Of a stretch of 33,028 nucleotides of DNA, positions 18,187-26,710 are shown piece by piece. Within the stretch, counting starts at the first letter, position 1. Each line of letters opens with the position of its first letter. The notes under the pieces are model-generated. The model worked only from the letters and a program-made list of their open reading frames with translations, did no database searches and was not told the DNA's origin. Made by a program: the position numbers and the translations under genes. Source of the stretch: Patescibacteria group bacterium (lineage in GTDB: Bacteria; Patescibacteriota; Microgenomatia; UBA1400; PJMF01); contig JAHJBU010000053.1 in assembly GCA_018813375.1 (NCBI GenBank), positions 1-33,028 on the forward strand, written 5' to 3'.

Positions 18187-18650
18187 AATGGAAAACAAAT
18201 TGATGATTTCTATGTGACAACTTTAGCAGATTCAGTTCATGTGATTGCTATCACTAAAGAAAAACAAGTGGTGCTAATTAGAATGTATAAACAAGGTGCT
18301 GATGACATCATGATTCAGTTTCCTGCAGGCAGAAGAGAAGATAGGCACAAAGACTTACTAGATGTAGCAGTCAGCGAGCTAGAAGAAGAAACTGGAATTG
18401 AGGTAGGTAGATCTGATTTAAATTATCTTGGTAAGCTTGCGATCATGAGTACTAAGGCAACTGAATTAGCTCACTATTATTTAGTGACAGATGTTGAGAT
18501 AAATTCTCAACAGAGCTTAGATGAAAATGAAGAGATCGAGGTTTTATTCCTAGAACTAGACGAAATTGAAAAGTATATTGCTCAAGGGAAAATTTGGGAT
18601 GCACTTTGTATTGCTGGCTGGGATTTAGCAAAAAAGAAAAAAGGGATATT

Positions 18651-19067
18651 ATGAAAAAACAACTCATCACTGCTTGTGCTTTTTTATATCAAAATAGAAA
18701 GCTATTTACGGCTAAAAGAGCTGAGACTAAAAAGTTTTTACCAGGAAAATATGAGCTTCCTGGAGGTCATATTGAGTATGGTGAAAGTTTAGAAGAAGGA
18801 TTAGCAAGGGAGTTTGAAGAAGAATTTGGAGCAGAAATAAAAGTAGGCAAGCCGATTCATGCTTTCACATACATCAATTCAATTAAAGAAAGTCATTCAG
18901 TTGAGATTGTTTTCCTAGCTACTTTTAAAGATAGAGCTGTCATTACTTTAAATCCCACAGATCACTCTAAATCTTTATGGATATCTGAAGATGAGATAGA
19001 TCAATATTTTGATCGCAACGACAATGAATACAAAGCTATTGAGGTAGGTTTTAAGGAAATAAAGTGA
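18651..19067 (+). CDS. NUDIX hydrolase (MutT-like)
   Basis: ELPGGHIEYGESLEEGLAREFEEEFG. ATG 18651 overlaps the upstream stop. Confidence 0.9.
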   Translation: MKKQLITACAFLYQNRKLFTAKRAETKKFLPGKYELPGGHIEYGESLEEGLAREFEEEFGAEIKVGKPIHAFTYINSIKESHSVEIVFLATFKDRAVITLNPTDHSKSLWISEDEIDQYFDRNDNEYKAIEVGFKEIK

Positions 19068-19293
19068 AAAAATTAGCAACGATTTTTGGTTTAAAAGAAA
19101 AAGATACGGATGTGGTTGGATGCCTACCACTTGGCAGTTTATGGAGATGTGTGGCTATGGTGCAGCCATGGGCAACGCCAAGCAAGACCTCAAAGATTTG
19201 GTAGCCACTAAAGGTGAGGGTAAATCATTTGTGGGGCCAAGTGTGGATGAGAATGGGATTTTAGAGATATTTAAGTATTTTGGATTGTTATGA
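19064..19293 (+). pseudogene. Chimeric remnant: small membrane protein N-terminus fused to Cof-HAD C-terminus
   Basis: FWFKRKRYGCGWMPTTWQ joins FMEMCGYGAAMGNAKQDLKDLVATKGE...GPSVDENGILEI, which closely matches the C-terminus of 27710-28579. Confidence 0.8.
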
Positions 19294-19865
19294 AAGATCA
19301 AAATCAACTACTCTGGGAAAGAGTAAGACCACTTTTAAAGAAAGCCAAGAGAAAAGATTTTATTTTACACACAAAAAAACTTGTCAGAGCAATGAACGAA
19401 TTGTTAGAAAGTGAAAAAGGTGATCCTAAAATTTTAATTCCTGCTGCTTATTTGCATGATGTTGGTTGGTCAATGGTTGATGATAAGTTGCAGACCAGTA
19501 CTAACAAAGATGATCGGTCTTTAGCTCTACATCAACACATAGATTTTGCACCTGACATTACTAGACCTTTATTAAGCGATCTAGGATTTGATAAAAAATC
19601 AATCCAGAAAATTATTAAAATAATTATTTCACACAAATTTGTCAAACCCAAAGAGCATGACAGCCAGATGTTGATCGATGCAGATACTTTGTCTGATACA
19701 TATCTAGATTCTTTTGAAAGTGATTGTAAGTCATATCATTCTTCTCCAGTTGAGTTTTTACAATTCAGAAGTAGGAATAGTTTTTATACTAAAACCGCTC
19801 AAGATATTTTCAAAAAGCATATAAGAGTGTTAGAAGTTAACCCCAAAATTATTCTTAGGAGATAG
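19290..19865 (+). CDS. HD domain protein
   Basis: H...AAYLHDVGW...H...SH...DAD. Confidence 0.85.
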   Translation: MKDQNQLLWERVRPLLKKAKRKDFILHTKKLVRAMNELLESEKGDPKILIPAAYLHDVGWSMVDDKLQTSTNKDDRSLALHQHIDFAPDITRPLLSDLGFDKKSIQKIIKIIISHKFVKPKEHDSQMLIDADTLSDTYLDSFESDCKSYHSSPVEFLQFRSRNSFYTKTAQDIFKKHIRVLEVNPKIILRR

Positions 19866-19872
19866 GCTAAGA

Positions 19873-20331
19873 ATGAATCAAACTAAATATTTTAAACTTG
19901 GCATCAGAACAGATAATATTAAGAAAAGTCTTTTACCTTATACAATTCTAACTGCTATTCTCAGTCTAGGACTAATTACTTCACTTAGATTATTTAGTCA
20001 GTCCATGATGGGTGTTTACGATACTCTTTATCCATTATTTTGGATTTCAATACCTCTGAGTATTTTGCAAGAAATAGTTTTTCGAGGGTTTGGTATGTAT
20101 CAGCTCAAAAAATTATTTAAAAAACCAATTACTGTGATTTTGTTAAACAGTATTTTATTCTCGCTATTTCATATGTTTGTTCCAGAGCAACTACTTTTTG
20201 TACCCCTATCATTTTTATCTGGTCTAGCTTTTGCTACAGTTTATTATTATCATCCAAATCTGTTTTTAGTTTCACTTGCACATGTAGTAATTAACTTACT
20301 ACCAGTGTTTTACTGGGGTCTTATTGAATAA
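19873..20331 (+). CDS. CPBP (CAAX/Abi) intramembrane glutamic endopeptidase
   Basis: QEIVFRG, FSLFH and HVVIN motifs. Confidence 0.85.
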   Translation: MNQTKYFKLGIRTDNIKKSLLPYTILTAILSLGLITSLRLFSQSMMGVYDTLYPLFWISIPLSILQEIVFRGFGMYQLKKLFKKPITVILLNSILFSLFHMFVPEQLLFVPLSFLSGLAFATVYYYHPNLFLVSLAHVVINLLPVFYWGLIE

Positions 20332-20334
20332 GAG

Positions 20335-20363
20335 AAGTCTTAACTTGGTCCAACCCGGGGAGC
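20335..20363 (-). repeat. Cassette junction type A (LPGLDQVKT)
   Basis: AAGTCTTAACTTGGTCCAACCCGGGGAGC. Confidence 0.9.
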
Positions 20364-20495
20364 ATTATTTAAAAGATTGCTTTATTACTTGCTCACTTTG
20401 ATATAATTAAATTATTGTTGACTGCTGATTGTTATGGATGAGCAATTCATTGTATTATTCAGTAATCAACTTAAGTTGATTATCGTTATTTAAAT

Positions 20496-20693
20496 ATGGA
20501 TAAAAAAGCTAGGTTTCTAAAAATTTATGCGAATCTACCGCTCCATCTGAGGTCGGAGATTGTTATCATGGTTGATGGTGAACCATTCACATGGCAATCT
20601 GCTAAATTGGAGATAGACAATGACTCTGATACTGGATCTTCAATACTGGATAAATTAGCAAAGATGGAAATCATCCAAGATGAAAAAAAATAA
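20496..20693 (+). CDS. Small hypothetical protein
   Basis: 65 aa, first gene of an overlapping three-gene operon. Confidence 0.7.
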   Translation: MDKKARFLKIYANLPLHLRSEIVIMVDGEPFTWQSAKLEIDNDSDTGSSILDKLAKMEIIQDEKK

Positions 20694-20928
20694 TCATACC
20701 CCAACTGATAAGCAACAACTGAAAGAAGATATGAAGCAATTGGCAATTGCAAGGCTTAAGAGTATTCCTTCGCAGTATCAGATTTCTGTCGGAGGAGGAG
20801 GTGGTTTAACTAGGAAAGAGGCAGTTGAAAATATAGAGAATGATAGTGAAATCGGCAAAGAATTGATTGATATTGAAATAGAATTTTTAAGAGATATGGC
20901 TAAGGGTGAATTATATAAATATGAGTAA
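20680..20928 (+). CDS. Small hypothetical protein
   Basis: 82 aa, overlaps both neighbours, and resembles the upstream small protein (IENDSEIG vs IDNDSDTG). Confidence 0.7.
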   Translation: MKKNNHTPTDKQQLKEDMKQLAIARLKSIPSQYQISVGGGGGLTRKEAVENIENDSEIGKELIDIEIEFLRDMAKGELYKYE

Positions 20929-21556
20929 TCTCTCTTTATTGGTAACCAGACCAAATCACGATCGTCCAACAAATTATTTATGTCATTGGTCTCAATTAGT
21001 AATTGATCTTGCAAAACAAAAAAACTTTTCTGTTTACGATCTAAAAGGAAAAAAAGCAAACAAAAAAACTTTTTCTAGTTATGTTAAAAAGAATAATCCC
21101 CAGATAATTTTTTTTAATGGTCATGGTGATGTTGACAAAATTACTGGTATTAACGATGAGGTTTTAATTGAGGTAGATAAAAATGACCACTTACTAAAGG
21201 GAAGAATTATTTATGCAAGAAGTTGTAGGTCAGCACAGATATTAGGAGTCAACTGCGTGAAGAAGAAAAAAGCTGTAGCATTTATTGGGTATAAAAATGA
21301 TTTTATTTTGTTTAATGATGAAGAAAAAATAACTAAGCCATTAAGTGATAGAATCGCCTCATATTTTCTTGAGCCTTCAAATCTAGTAATCACAACGATA
21401 ATCAAAGGAAATAGTCCAGAAGAGGCTTATGATAGGTCTCAAAAAGAATCTATAAGAAAAATTAAATTTTTATTGTCCCCAAAAGCTCCAGCGGAAGAAA
21501 AATCGTTAATTACCTACATGTGGAGAAATATGAGAGCCCAGGTTATTATTAATTAG
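20921..21556 (+). CDS. Putative clan CD (caspase/gingipain/CHAT-like) peptidase
   Basis: IIFFNGHG...IIYARSC His-Cys dyad pattern and AFIGY. Confidence 0.55.
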   Translation: MSNLSLLVTRPNHDRPTNYLCHWSQLVIDLAKQKNFSVYDLKGKKANKKTFSSYVKKNNPQIIFFNGHGDVDKITGINDEVLIEVDKNDHLLKGRIIYARSCRSAQILGVNCVKKKKAVAFIGYKNDFILFNDEEKITKPLSDRIASYFLEPSNLVITTIIKGNSPEEAYDRSQKESIRKIKFLLSPKAPAEEKSLITYMWRNMRAQVIIN

Positions 21557-21594
21557 ACAATAAACATATTGGTGCCGATAGTTTATTTCCAAAA

Positions 21595-21730
21595 AAAGTC
21601 TTGTCATCTGTGCTGTAAACACCTCAGTATCTTCCCTAGCAATAGTTAATAGTTGAGACTCATATCCGTTTCGTAACGAGTCCTGGGGGGGGGAGTAAGT
21701 GATAAAAAGACCTCTGGATAGGTTTTTTTT
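21595..21730 (-). repeat. Cassette junction: type-C tail + GAGT core 21693-21696 + right arm R1
   Basis: Minus strand DSLRNGYESQLLTIAREDTEVFTAQMTRL, a G9 tract, then AAGTGATAAAAAGACCT...AGGTTTTTTT. Confidence 0.8.
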
Positions 21731-21861
21731 ATTTGTATGATATACTCTATTTTATGCACAGCATCTTGCGTACCTGCTGATTTTTCGGCACTACGCTTGA
21801 AAAAGTCAGGGTCCGTAATATGAAAAAATGGCAACTAATTTCAGCTGAAGATATTTCTCCC
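21697..21861 (+). repeat. 165-bp duplicate of 16451-16615 (R1 arm, promoter, leader, first 14 codons of NUDIX)
   Basis: Near-identical ungapped alignment starting exactly after the junction core. Confidence 0.92.
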
Positions 21862-21899
21862 TGCTCGTTATATGCGGAGCTACAGGAGCTAGCTAAATA

Positions 21900-22823
21900 A
21901 TGAAATCAACAACTAAGCTAATTAATACTCCTTTTGCAAATGTATTTTTATTTTCTTTCTTTTGGGCAATCTCAATTATTGTGAGTAAGTTAGCTTTTAA
22001 TGCTGGAGCTCATCCCGTTACTTTTTTAATTCAGTCGGCAATTGTTTCTCTGGTTTTATTAGCAGTCTATGTTTTACCTCAAAAACATCAAGAGTTGAAG
22101 AGTTTGCCTCGCAAAGTATTTGGAGGAATTGTATTGGCTAATGCCATTCATTTTGGTCTAGGAGCATTTTTTATTAATTCAGGTACAGCATTGACATCGG
22201 CAGTCAATGTGGGCTTTTTGAGTAAATTTGCGACTGTAACTACAATCATTTTTGCTTGGCTGATCTTAAAAGAAAAATTAACTAAATCTAAATTAATTTC
22301 TGTGGCTATTATGATAGTGGGTGTGTTTTTAATTACTACTAAGGGTCAAGTCATCGTTCCTCAACCAGGAGACATTCTGGTTCTGTTAGCTTGCACTTCT
22401 TTCTCTTTAGGAAATGTATTAATGAGAAAATTTTTGAAAAACTATGCTGTGAGCGGAGAGTTAGTCTCATTCTTGCGTCCAGTTTCAGGTTTACCAATAT
22501 TATTGATTTTTTTACTTTTTTCGCCAATTTATCCCCAACAAATACAGCCTGTTTTTAATGTAAATATTTCAAATTTAACTTTCTTGCCTTATATAATTGG
22601 CAGTAGCCTTGCTTCCTCACTATTAACAATTTTCTTAAATAGAACACTGAAAGTATCTAGCGCTTCATACATGTCAATGATGTCAATGATGACACCAGTG
22701 ATCGTGAGTGCCATGGCAATAATATTATTAGGAGAAAGCATGGTATTGATCCAACTAGTAGGAGCAATCTTGATTATTTTATCTGGAATAGCAACACATT
22801 ATTTAAAGATAGAGAAGCAATAG
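21900..22823 (+). CDS. EamA/DMT family transporter
   Basis: About 10 TM helices with LILKEKL and LLGE repeats. Confidence 0.9.
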   Translation: MKSTTKLINTPFANVFLFSFFWAISIIVSKLAFNAGAHPVTFLIQSAIVSLVLLAVYVLPQKHQELKSLPRKVFGGIVLANAIHFGLGAFFINSGTALTSAVNVGFLSKFATVTTIIFAWLILKEKLTKSKLISVAIMIVGVFLITTKGQVIVPQPGDILVLLACTSFSLGNVLMRKFLKNYAVSGELVSFLRPVSGLPILLIFLLFSPIYPQQIQPVFNVNISNLTFLPYIIGSSLASSLLTIFLNRTLKVSSASYMSMMSMMTPVIVSAMAIILLGESMVLIQLVGAILIILSGIATHYLKIEKQ

Positions 22824-22852
22824 AAGTCCTAACTTGGTCCACGACGGGGAGC
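22824..22852 (-). repeat. Cassette junction type A (LPVVDQVRT)
   Basis: AAGTCCTAACTTGGTCCACGACGGGGAGC, immediately after the EamA stop. Confidence 0.9.
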
Positions 22853-22988
22853 AGAGTATAAAAAGAGGGATTTATCCCATAATATTTGATATTTTTTCGT
22901 AATTTTGCTACAATTATTCTTCCTTCTTTAAGTGATCTATATGAAATATCTTTTTAGTTAGGTTTTTATTTTAATTTGAAAGGATGCT

Positions 22989-24035
22989 ATGCCACAGTTG
23001 ATTTATGAGTTTAATAGTCCCAAGGGTGTTCTTAAAAATAGAAATATAAGTAATAGTTCAAGGCTTGTATTGGAAGAAGCGAAAAAATTTGGTGTTGTTT
23101 GTCAGATTATTCCTTGTACGCAGTTAATTGAACTTACTTACAAAGGCAAAAAACAGACATTTTATCATCAGGTTCCATTTTCAACTTCGGCCTTAGCAAA
23201 ATATTCTTGTAATAATAAAAAAGTTACAACAAATCTTTTATATAGCTGTGGTATTTCCGTTCCGAAAGGTTATAGAGTTAGAAAAACAAGTTCAGATAAA
23301 TATCTATTGTCTATATACGAAAATTTACAGAAACCTTTAGTAGCGAAGCCAAGTGATGGTACTTGGGGAGAAAACGTTACAGTAGGTATTACTGATTTTG
23401 ATAAATATTTAGAAGCAGTTGATTTGGCATTAGAGTATTCAGGAAAAAAGAAACCAACAGCTATTGTTGAAGAAATGTTTAAAGGACATGAGTATAGAAT
23501 TCTTGTGACAAGAAAAAAGGTAATTGGTGTGTTATATAGAAGACCGGCAAGTGTGGTGGGTAATGGTGTAGATTCAATCAAAAAATTGATTCAAGAGGAA
23601 AACAAAAACCCCATTAGAGGGGTAAAAAATGGAACAACTTCCCATTTTAAAATTAGAATGGATGAACGCATGTTAAGGCTCTTAAAGGAAAATAATATGA
23701 ATTTTTATTCTATACCTCAAAAAGGAAAAAGAATTTATTTACGAAGAGTTTCAAATGTATCTCAGGGTGGGGCTGCTATAGATTTTACAGATAAAGTACA
23801 CTCAAGTGTTAAAAAAATTGCTCTTAAAGCAATTAATGCTGTACCTGGATTATCATTTGCTGGAATTGATTTTTTATCTAAGGATATTACAAAAAAACAA
23901 ACTCAAGATTCATATATTATTATTGAAATTAATGATTCACCAGGATTTGATATTCATGATTTTCCTTATGAAGGAGAAAATAGACATGCAGCAAGAGAAT
24001 TTTTATTTTTAATGTTTCCAGAACTAAAAAAATAG
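22989..24035 (+). CDS. ATP-grasp ligase (cyanophycin synthetase/GshAB ATP-grasp-like)
   Basis: KPLVAKPSDG, VEE, EYRILV, PASVVGNG, NVSQGG, GIDF, IIEINDSPG. No Mur domain. Confidence 0.85.
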   Translation: MPQLIYEFNSPKGVLKNRNISNSSRLVLEEAKKFGVVCQIIPCTQLIELTYKGKKQTFYHQVPFSTSALAKYSCNNKKVTTNLLYSCGISVPKGYRVRKTSSDKYLLSIYENLQKPLVAKPSDGTWGENVTVGITDFDKYLEAVDLALEYSGKKKPTAIVEEMFKGHEYRILVTRKKVIGVLYRRPASVVGNGVDSIKKLIQEENKNPIRGVKNGTTSHFKIRMDERMLRLLKENNMNFYSIPQKGKRIYLRRVSNVSQGGAAIDFTDKVHSSVKKIALKAINAVPGLSFAGIDFLSKDITKKQTQDSYIIIEINDSPGFDIHDFPYEGENRHAAREFLFLMFPELKK

Positions 24036-24094
24036 TTTTTAATGAGTGAAGAGGACGTAGAGCGTTTTATTCAGCAAATTTAAATCTACTTTTT

Positions 24095-24148
24095 GGTTGC
24101 GGAATAGGTCCAACGCGGGGAGCTAAGTTGGCACTTAATATACCTAAT
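24095..24148 (-). repeat. Cassette junction (LPALDLFRN) + right arm R2
   Basis: GGTTGCGGAATAGGTCCAACGCGGGGAGC then TAAGTTGGCACTTAATATACC. Confidence 0.85.
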
Positions 24149-24165
24149 TAGGGTATGATTATAGT

Positions 24166-24591
24166 ATGAAGAAAATACTTCGTGTTGTTGGCATTTTGAT
24201 TATATTTGTAGGTGTTGTCCTCGGAATATTGCAGATCATTGATTCCTTTTCAGATAAAGTTGCTTACGGTAATATTACTAATATTTTTGAGAGAAGAACT
24301 GGAACAGAATATTCGAATGTAAAAACTGGAGGTGTTTATCCTTGCGAGTTAGAAATTACTTACAAAGATAAAAATGGTCAAGGACAGGTAGGCAAAACTC
24401 TATATGAGACGGCCCCATGTTCAAGCTTTTTCAATAGCTATTATAAGATTGGGGATAAAGTAAATATTGTATATAGCGAAAACAATCTATCTAACGTCAA
24501 AATTAACGGTTTATTTGATAGATTTGGATTCTTAATCATATTTCCACTTCTTGGATCAGGATTAATATATTTTTCTAAAAGGTTGCATTAG
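24166..24591 (+). CDS. DUF3592-like membrane protein
   Basis: TM - beta domain (YKIGDKVNIVY) - TM architecture. Confidence 0.65.
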   Translation: MKKILRVVGILIIFVGVVLGILQIIDSFSDKVAYGNITNIFERRTGTEYSNVKTGGVYPCELEITYKDKNGQGQVGKTLYETAPCSSFFNSYYKIGDKVNIVYSENNLSNVKINGLFDRFGFLIIFPLLGSGLIYFSKRLH

Positions 24592-24707
24592 TTAAATAAT
24601 ATACTTTTTCGATTTCTTCCCCTATTTGAGCAACAAGCCTAAGGTCAGAGAAAGCCTTGATAATACAAGACAATTGAGTGGTTATATTATTGTTACGATT
24701 TTTGAGT
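24575..24707 (-). repeat. Cassette junction: type-E tail + GAGT core 24704-24707
   Basis: Minus strand LKNRNNNITTQLSCIIKAFSDLRLVAQIGEEIEKVYYLTNATF*, beginning at an in-frame CTC. Confidence 0.65.
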
Positions 24708-24812
24708 TGAATTGACGTTAATCGAACCACCATTATATTTATTATTTCCATAAGTTGTTATACTGACTACATAAGGTTATAAATTACCAAAATAAATGGA
24801 GGTGAGAAATAT

Positions 24813-25568
24813 ATGAAAAAATTACTTTTTTTAGTTGCAGTTGCAACAGTCTTTGCATTTACTACTTCTCCTGTTATGGCAACTAATTCATCATCTACAA
24901 CGACTTCGTTTGATTCAATAGTAACTAAAATTCAAGAGGGGGTTGAGTATTTTTTTACCTTTAAGGTAGAGAAAAAAGTTGAGTTATTAGAAAAATATGC
25001 CGAAAAAAGATTAGTTATGACGCAAGAGTATGCAAAAGAAGGTGATGATGAAAAAGTACAAAATACGATGCAAAATTACCTTCAGATAAAAGAAAAACAA
25101 AATAATTTATTGGGCAAAAATGAAGCTGAGGGTGTCTTGGGGGTAGTTCAAGAAAGGACTATTGATCAACAGAAAACAATGGAAGTAATCAAAACTATAG
25201 TTGGTGAAGAAATGAAACAAGAGGTGATGCAGGTTCAAGAACAAGTTGTAAACCAGGTGGTACAAAGAGTTGTAGATGTGAATGGGACAGAGGGAAGGGA
25301 TGAATTTTTTCAGAAAGTTGAACATGTATGGGCTCCTGGGACAGGACCCGGAGGTGAGGCTGGAACAACTTTTGCTCCTGGGACTTCTGGTACTGGCGGC
25401 GGCGGGGTAGTTATTGAAGGAGGATCAATCCAGTTTGCACCTGGGACAGGACCAGGAGGTAATGGGGGTGTAGTGATTGAAGGAGGTGCTGAACAGTATG
25501 CTCCTGGGACTTCAGGAGGAGGAAATAGTGGAGCTGACATTAAGAACGTTGAAGTAGTGGGTAATTAA
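24813..25568 (+). CDS. Secreted DUF5667-like protein with Gly-rich APGT repeats
   Basis: Signal peptide, E...FFTF....K....AEKRL motif, four (W/F/Y)APGT repeats, RBS GGAGGTG. Confidence 0.7.
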   Translation: MKKLLFLVAVATVFAFTTSPVMATNSSSTTTSFDSIVTKIQEGVEYFFTFKVEKKVELLEKYAEKRLVMTQEYAKEGDDEKVQNTMQNYLQIKEKQNNLLGKNEAEGVLGVVQERTIDQQKTMEVIKTIVGEEMKQEVMQVQEQVVNQVVQRVVDVNGTEGRDEFFQKVEHVWAPGTGPGGEAGTTFAPGTSGTGGGGVVIEGGSIQFAPGTGPGGNGGVVIEGGAEQYAPGTSGGGNSGADIKNVEVVGN

Positions 25569-25570
25569 TA

Positions 25571-25600
25571 AGCTGGAATAACGTCCACGCGGGGAATCAT
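25571..25600 (-). repeat. Degenerate type-A junction (IPRVD)
   Basis: GTCCACGCGGGGAAT at 25583-25597, directly after a stop codon. Confidence 0.6.
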
Positions 25601-25606
25601 TGTAAT

Positions 25607-25644
25607 TACTTTCACTGTTTGATATACTTTCACTGTTAAGTGAA
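25607..25644 (+). promoter_or_regulatory. Putative TA operator
   Basis: TACTTTCACTGTT at 25607 and 25625, plus inverted TTCAC-N6-GTGAA at 25629-25644. Confidence 0.5.
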
Positions 25645-25653
25645 TATACCTAT

Positions 25654-26700
25654 ATGAATGAAAATACGCTAATAAATCAGCTTTCAAATAACCTACCTGA
25701 AGGAATATTTCTCGAGGGCTTAGGTATTCCTGCTATGGGTTCAGTTGGACCAGATCGGCAAGGAACTCTTAAAGTGCAAGATAGAGAGTTTCCTATTGCT
25801 ATTGAGGTAAAAAATACAGGAGGAACGGCTACTTTTAGAGAAGCAGCTCGTCAAGTAAAAGCTTATTCTGTTCAAGGCGGATCCATTCCTTTTGTTGCAG
25901 GGCAGTTTTTTGGTGAAAAGACAAGGCAAGTTGCTAAAGAAGAAGGCGTCGGAATTATGGATTTAGCTGGCAACTTCTACCTCAAGAAGGACGATATTTT
26001 AATTGAAAAGATCGTTGAAAAGAACCCATTTACTAAAAAAATTCCTCTCAAGAATCTCTTCGCGCCTATTTCAAGCAGAATAACCAGAGTATTGCTCGTT
26101 CAACCTAAGAAGAGTTGGCTTTTGAGTGAACTTGCTAATGAAGCTAAAGTTAGCCTAGGACAGACACACAAAACTGTTGCTCGTATGATTGAAGAGGAAT
26201 TAGTTGAGTGGAATCAAGACAATAAACTTATTTTGGAAGATCCTACTCGACTACTGGGAGCGTGGAAAGATATGTATCCTTCTTATGAATCAAAAAAGTT
26301 TACTTTTTTCAGTTTCGAACAAGATCAAACTTCACTACTTGACTCTCTGATGAAAAAGGCAGGAGATTTATCCTTTACCTTATCTTTTTTTAGTGGGGCA
26401 GATTTGATTGCGCCGTTCATTAGGGGGGTTAATAAGTTGCAGTTTTATGTTAAACAACCAAGCGATATAGAGCGCTGGAAAGTGTCGTTGGGACTCCAAG
26501 AAGTCAAAAGTGGAGCTAACGTTGAAATATACGTTCCCTATGACGAAGGTGTGTTTTATCAGACACAAAAAATTTCTACTTTTTCTCAAACTGGTATTCC
26601 AATTGTGTCCAATGTTCAGCTGTATATGGACCTGTTTAATAATCCGGCTCGTGGAGCAGAGCAGGCTGAGCACTTGAGAGAATTGAAGCTTAATTTATAA
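25654..26700 (+). CDS. Type IV TA AbiEi-like antitoxin
   Basis: AIEVK, GIMDLAGNFYL, central HTH, SGADLIAP, QLYMDL...RGAEQAEHL. Confidence 0.75.
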   Translation: MNENTLINQLSNNLPEGIFLEGLGIPAMGSVGPDRQGTLKVQDREFPIAIEVKNTGGTATFREAARQVKAYSVQGGSIPFVAGQFFGEKTRQVAKEEGVGIMDLAGNFYLKKDDILIEKIVEKNPFTKKIPLKNLFAPISSRITRVLLVQPKKSWLLSELANEAKVSLGQTHKTVARMIEEELVEWNQDNKLILEDPTRLLGAWKDMYPSYESKKFTFFSFEQDQTSLLDSLMKKAGDLSFTLSFFSGADLIAPFIRGVNKLQFYVKQPSDIERWKVSLGLQEVKSGANVEIYVPYDEGVFYQTQKISTFSQTGIPIVSNVQLYMDLFNNPARGAEQAEHLRELKLNL

Positions 26701-26710
26701 GTAAGAAACC

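Larger units (their letters stand above)
16574..18654 (+). pseudogene. NUDIX hydrolase (ADP-ribose pyrophosphatase-like) interrupted by IS
   Basis: 16574-16672 (MKKWQLISAEDISPSKWFPLEKRSYQLPNGKQI) joins in frame to 18202-18654, which has the Nudix box (PAG...A.SELEEETG). Confidence 0.9.

Noticed and set aside
18175..18654. Stand-alone 159-aa NUDIX ORF
   Set aside because: Its ATG lies in the IS right end. The real start is at 16574, although IS-driven expression of the fragment cannot be excluded.
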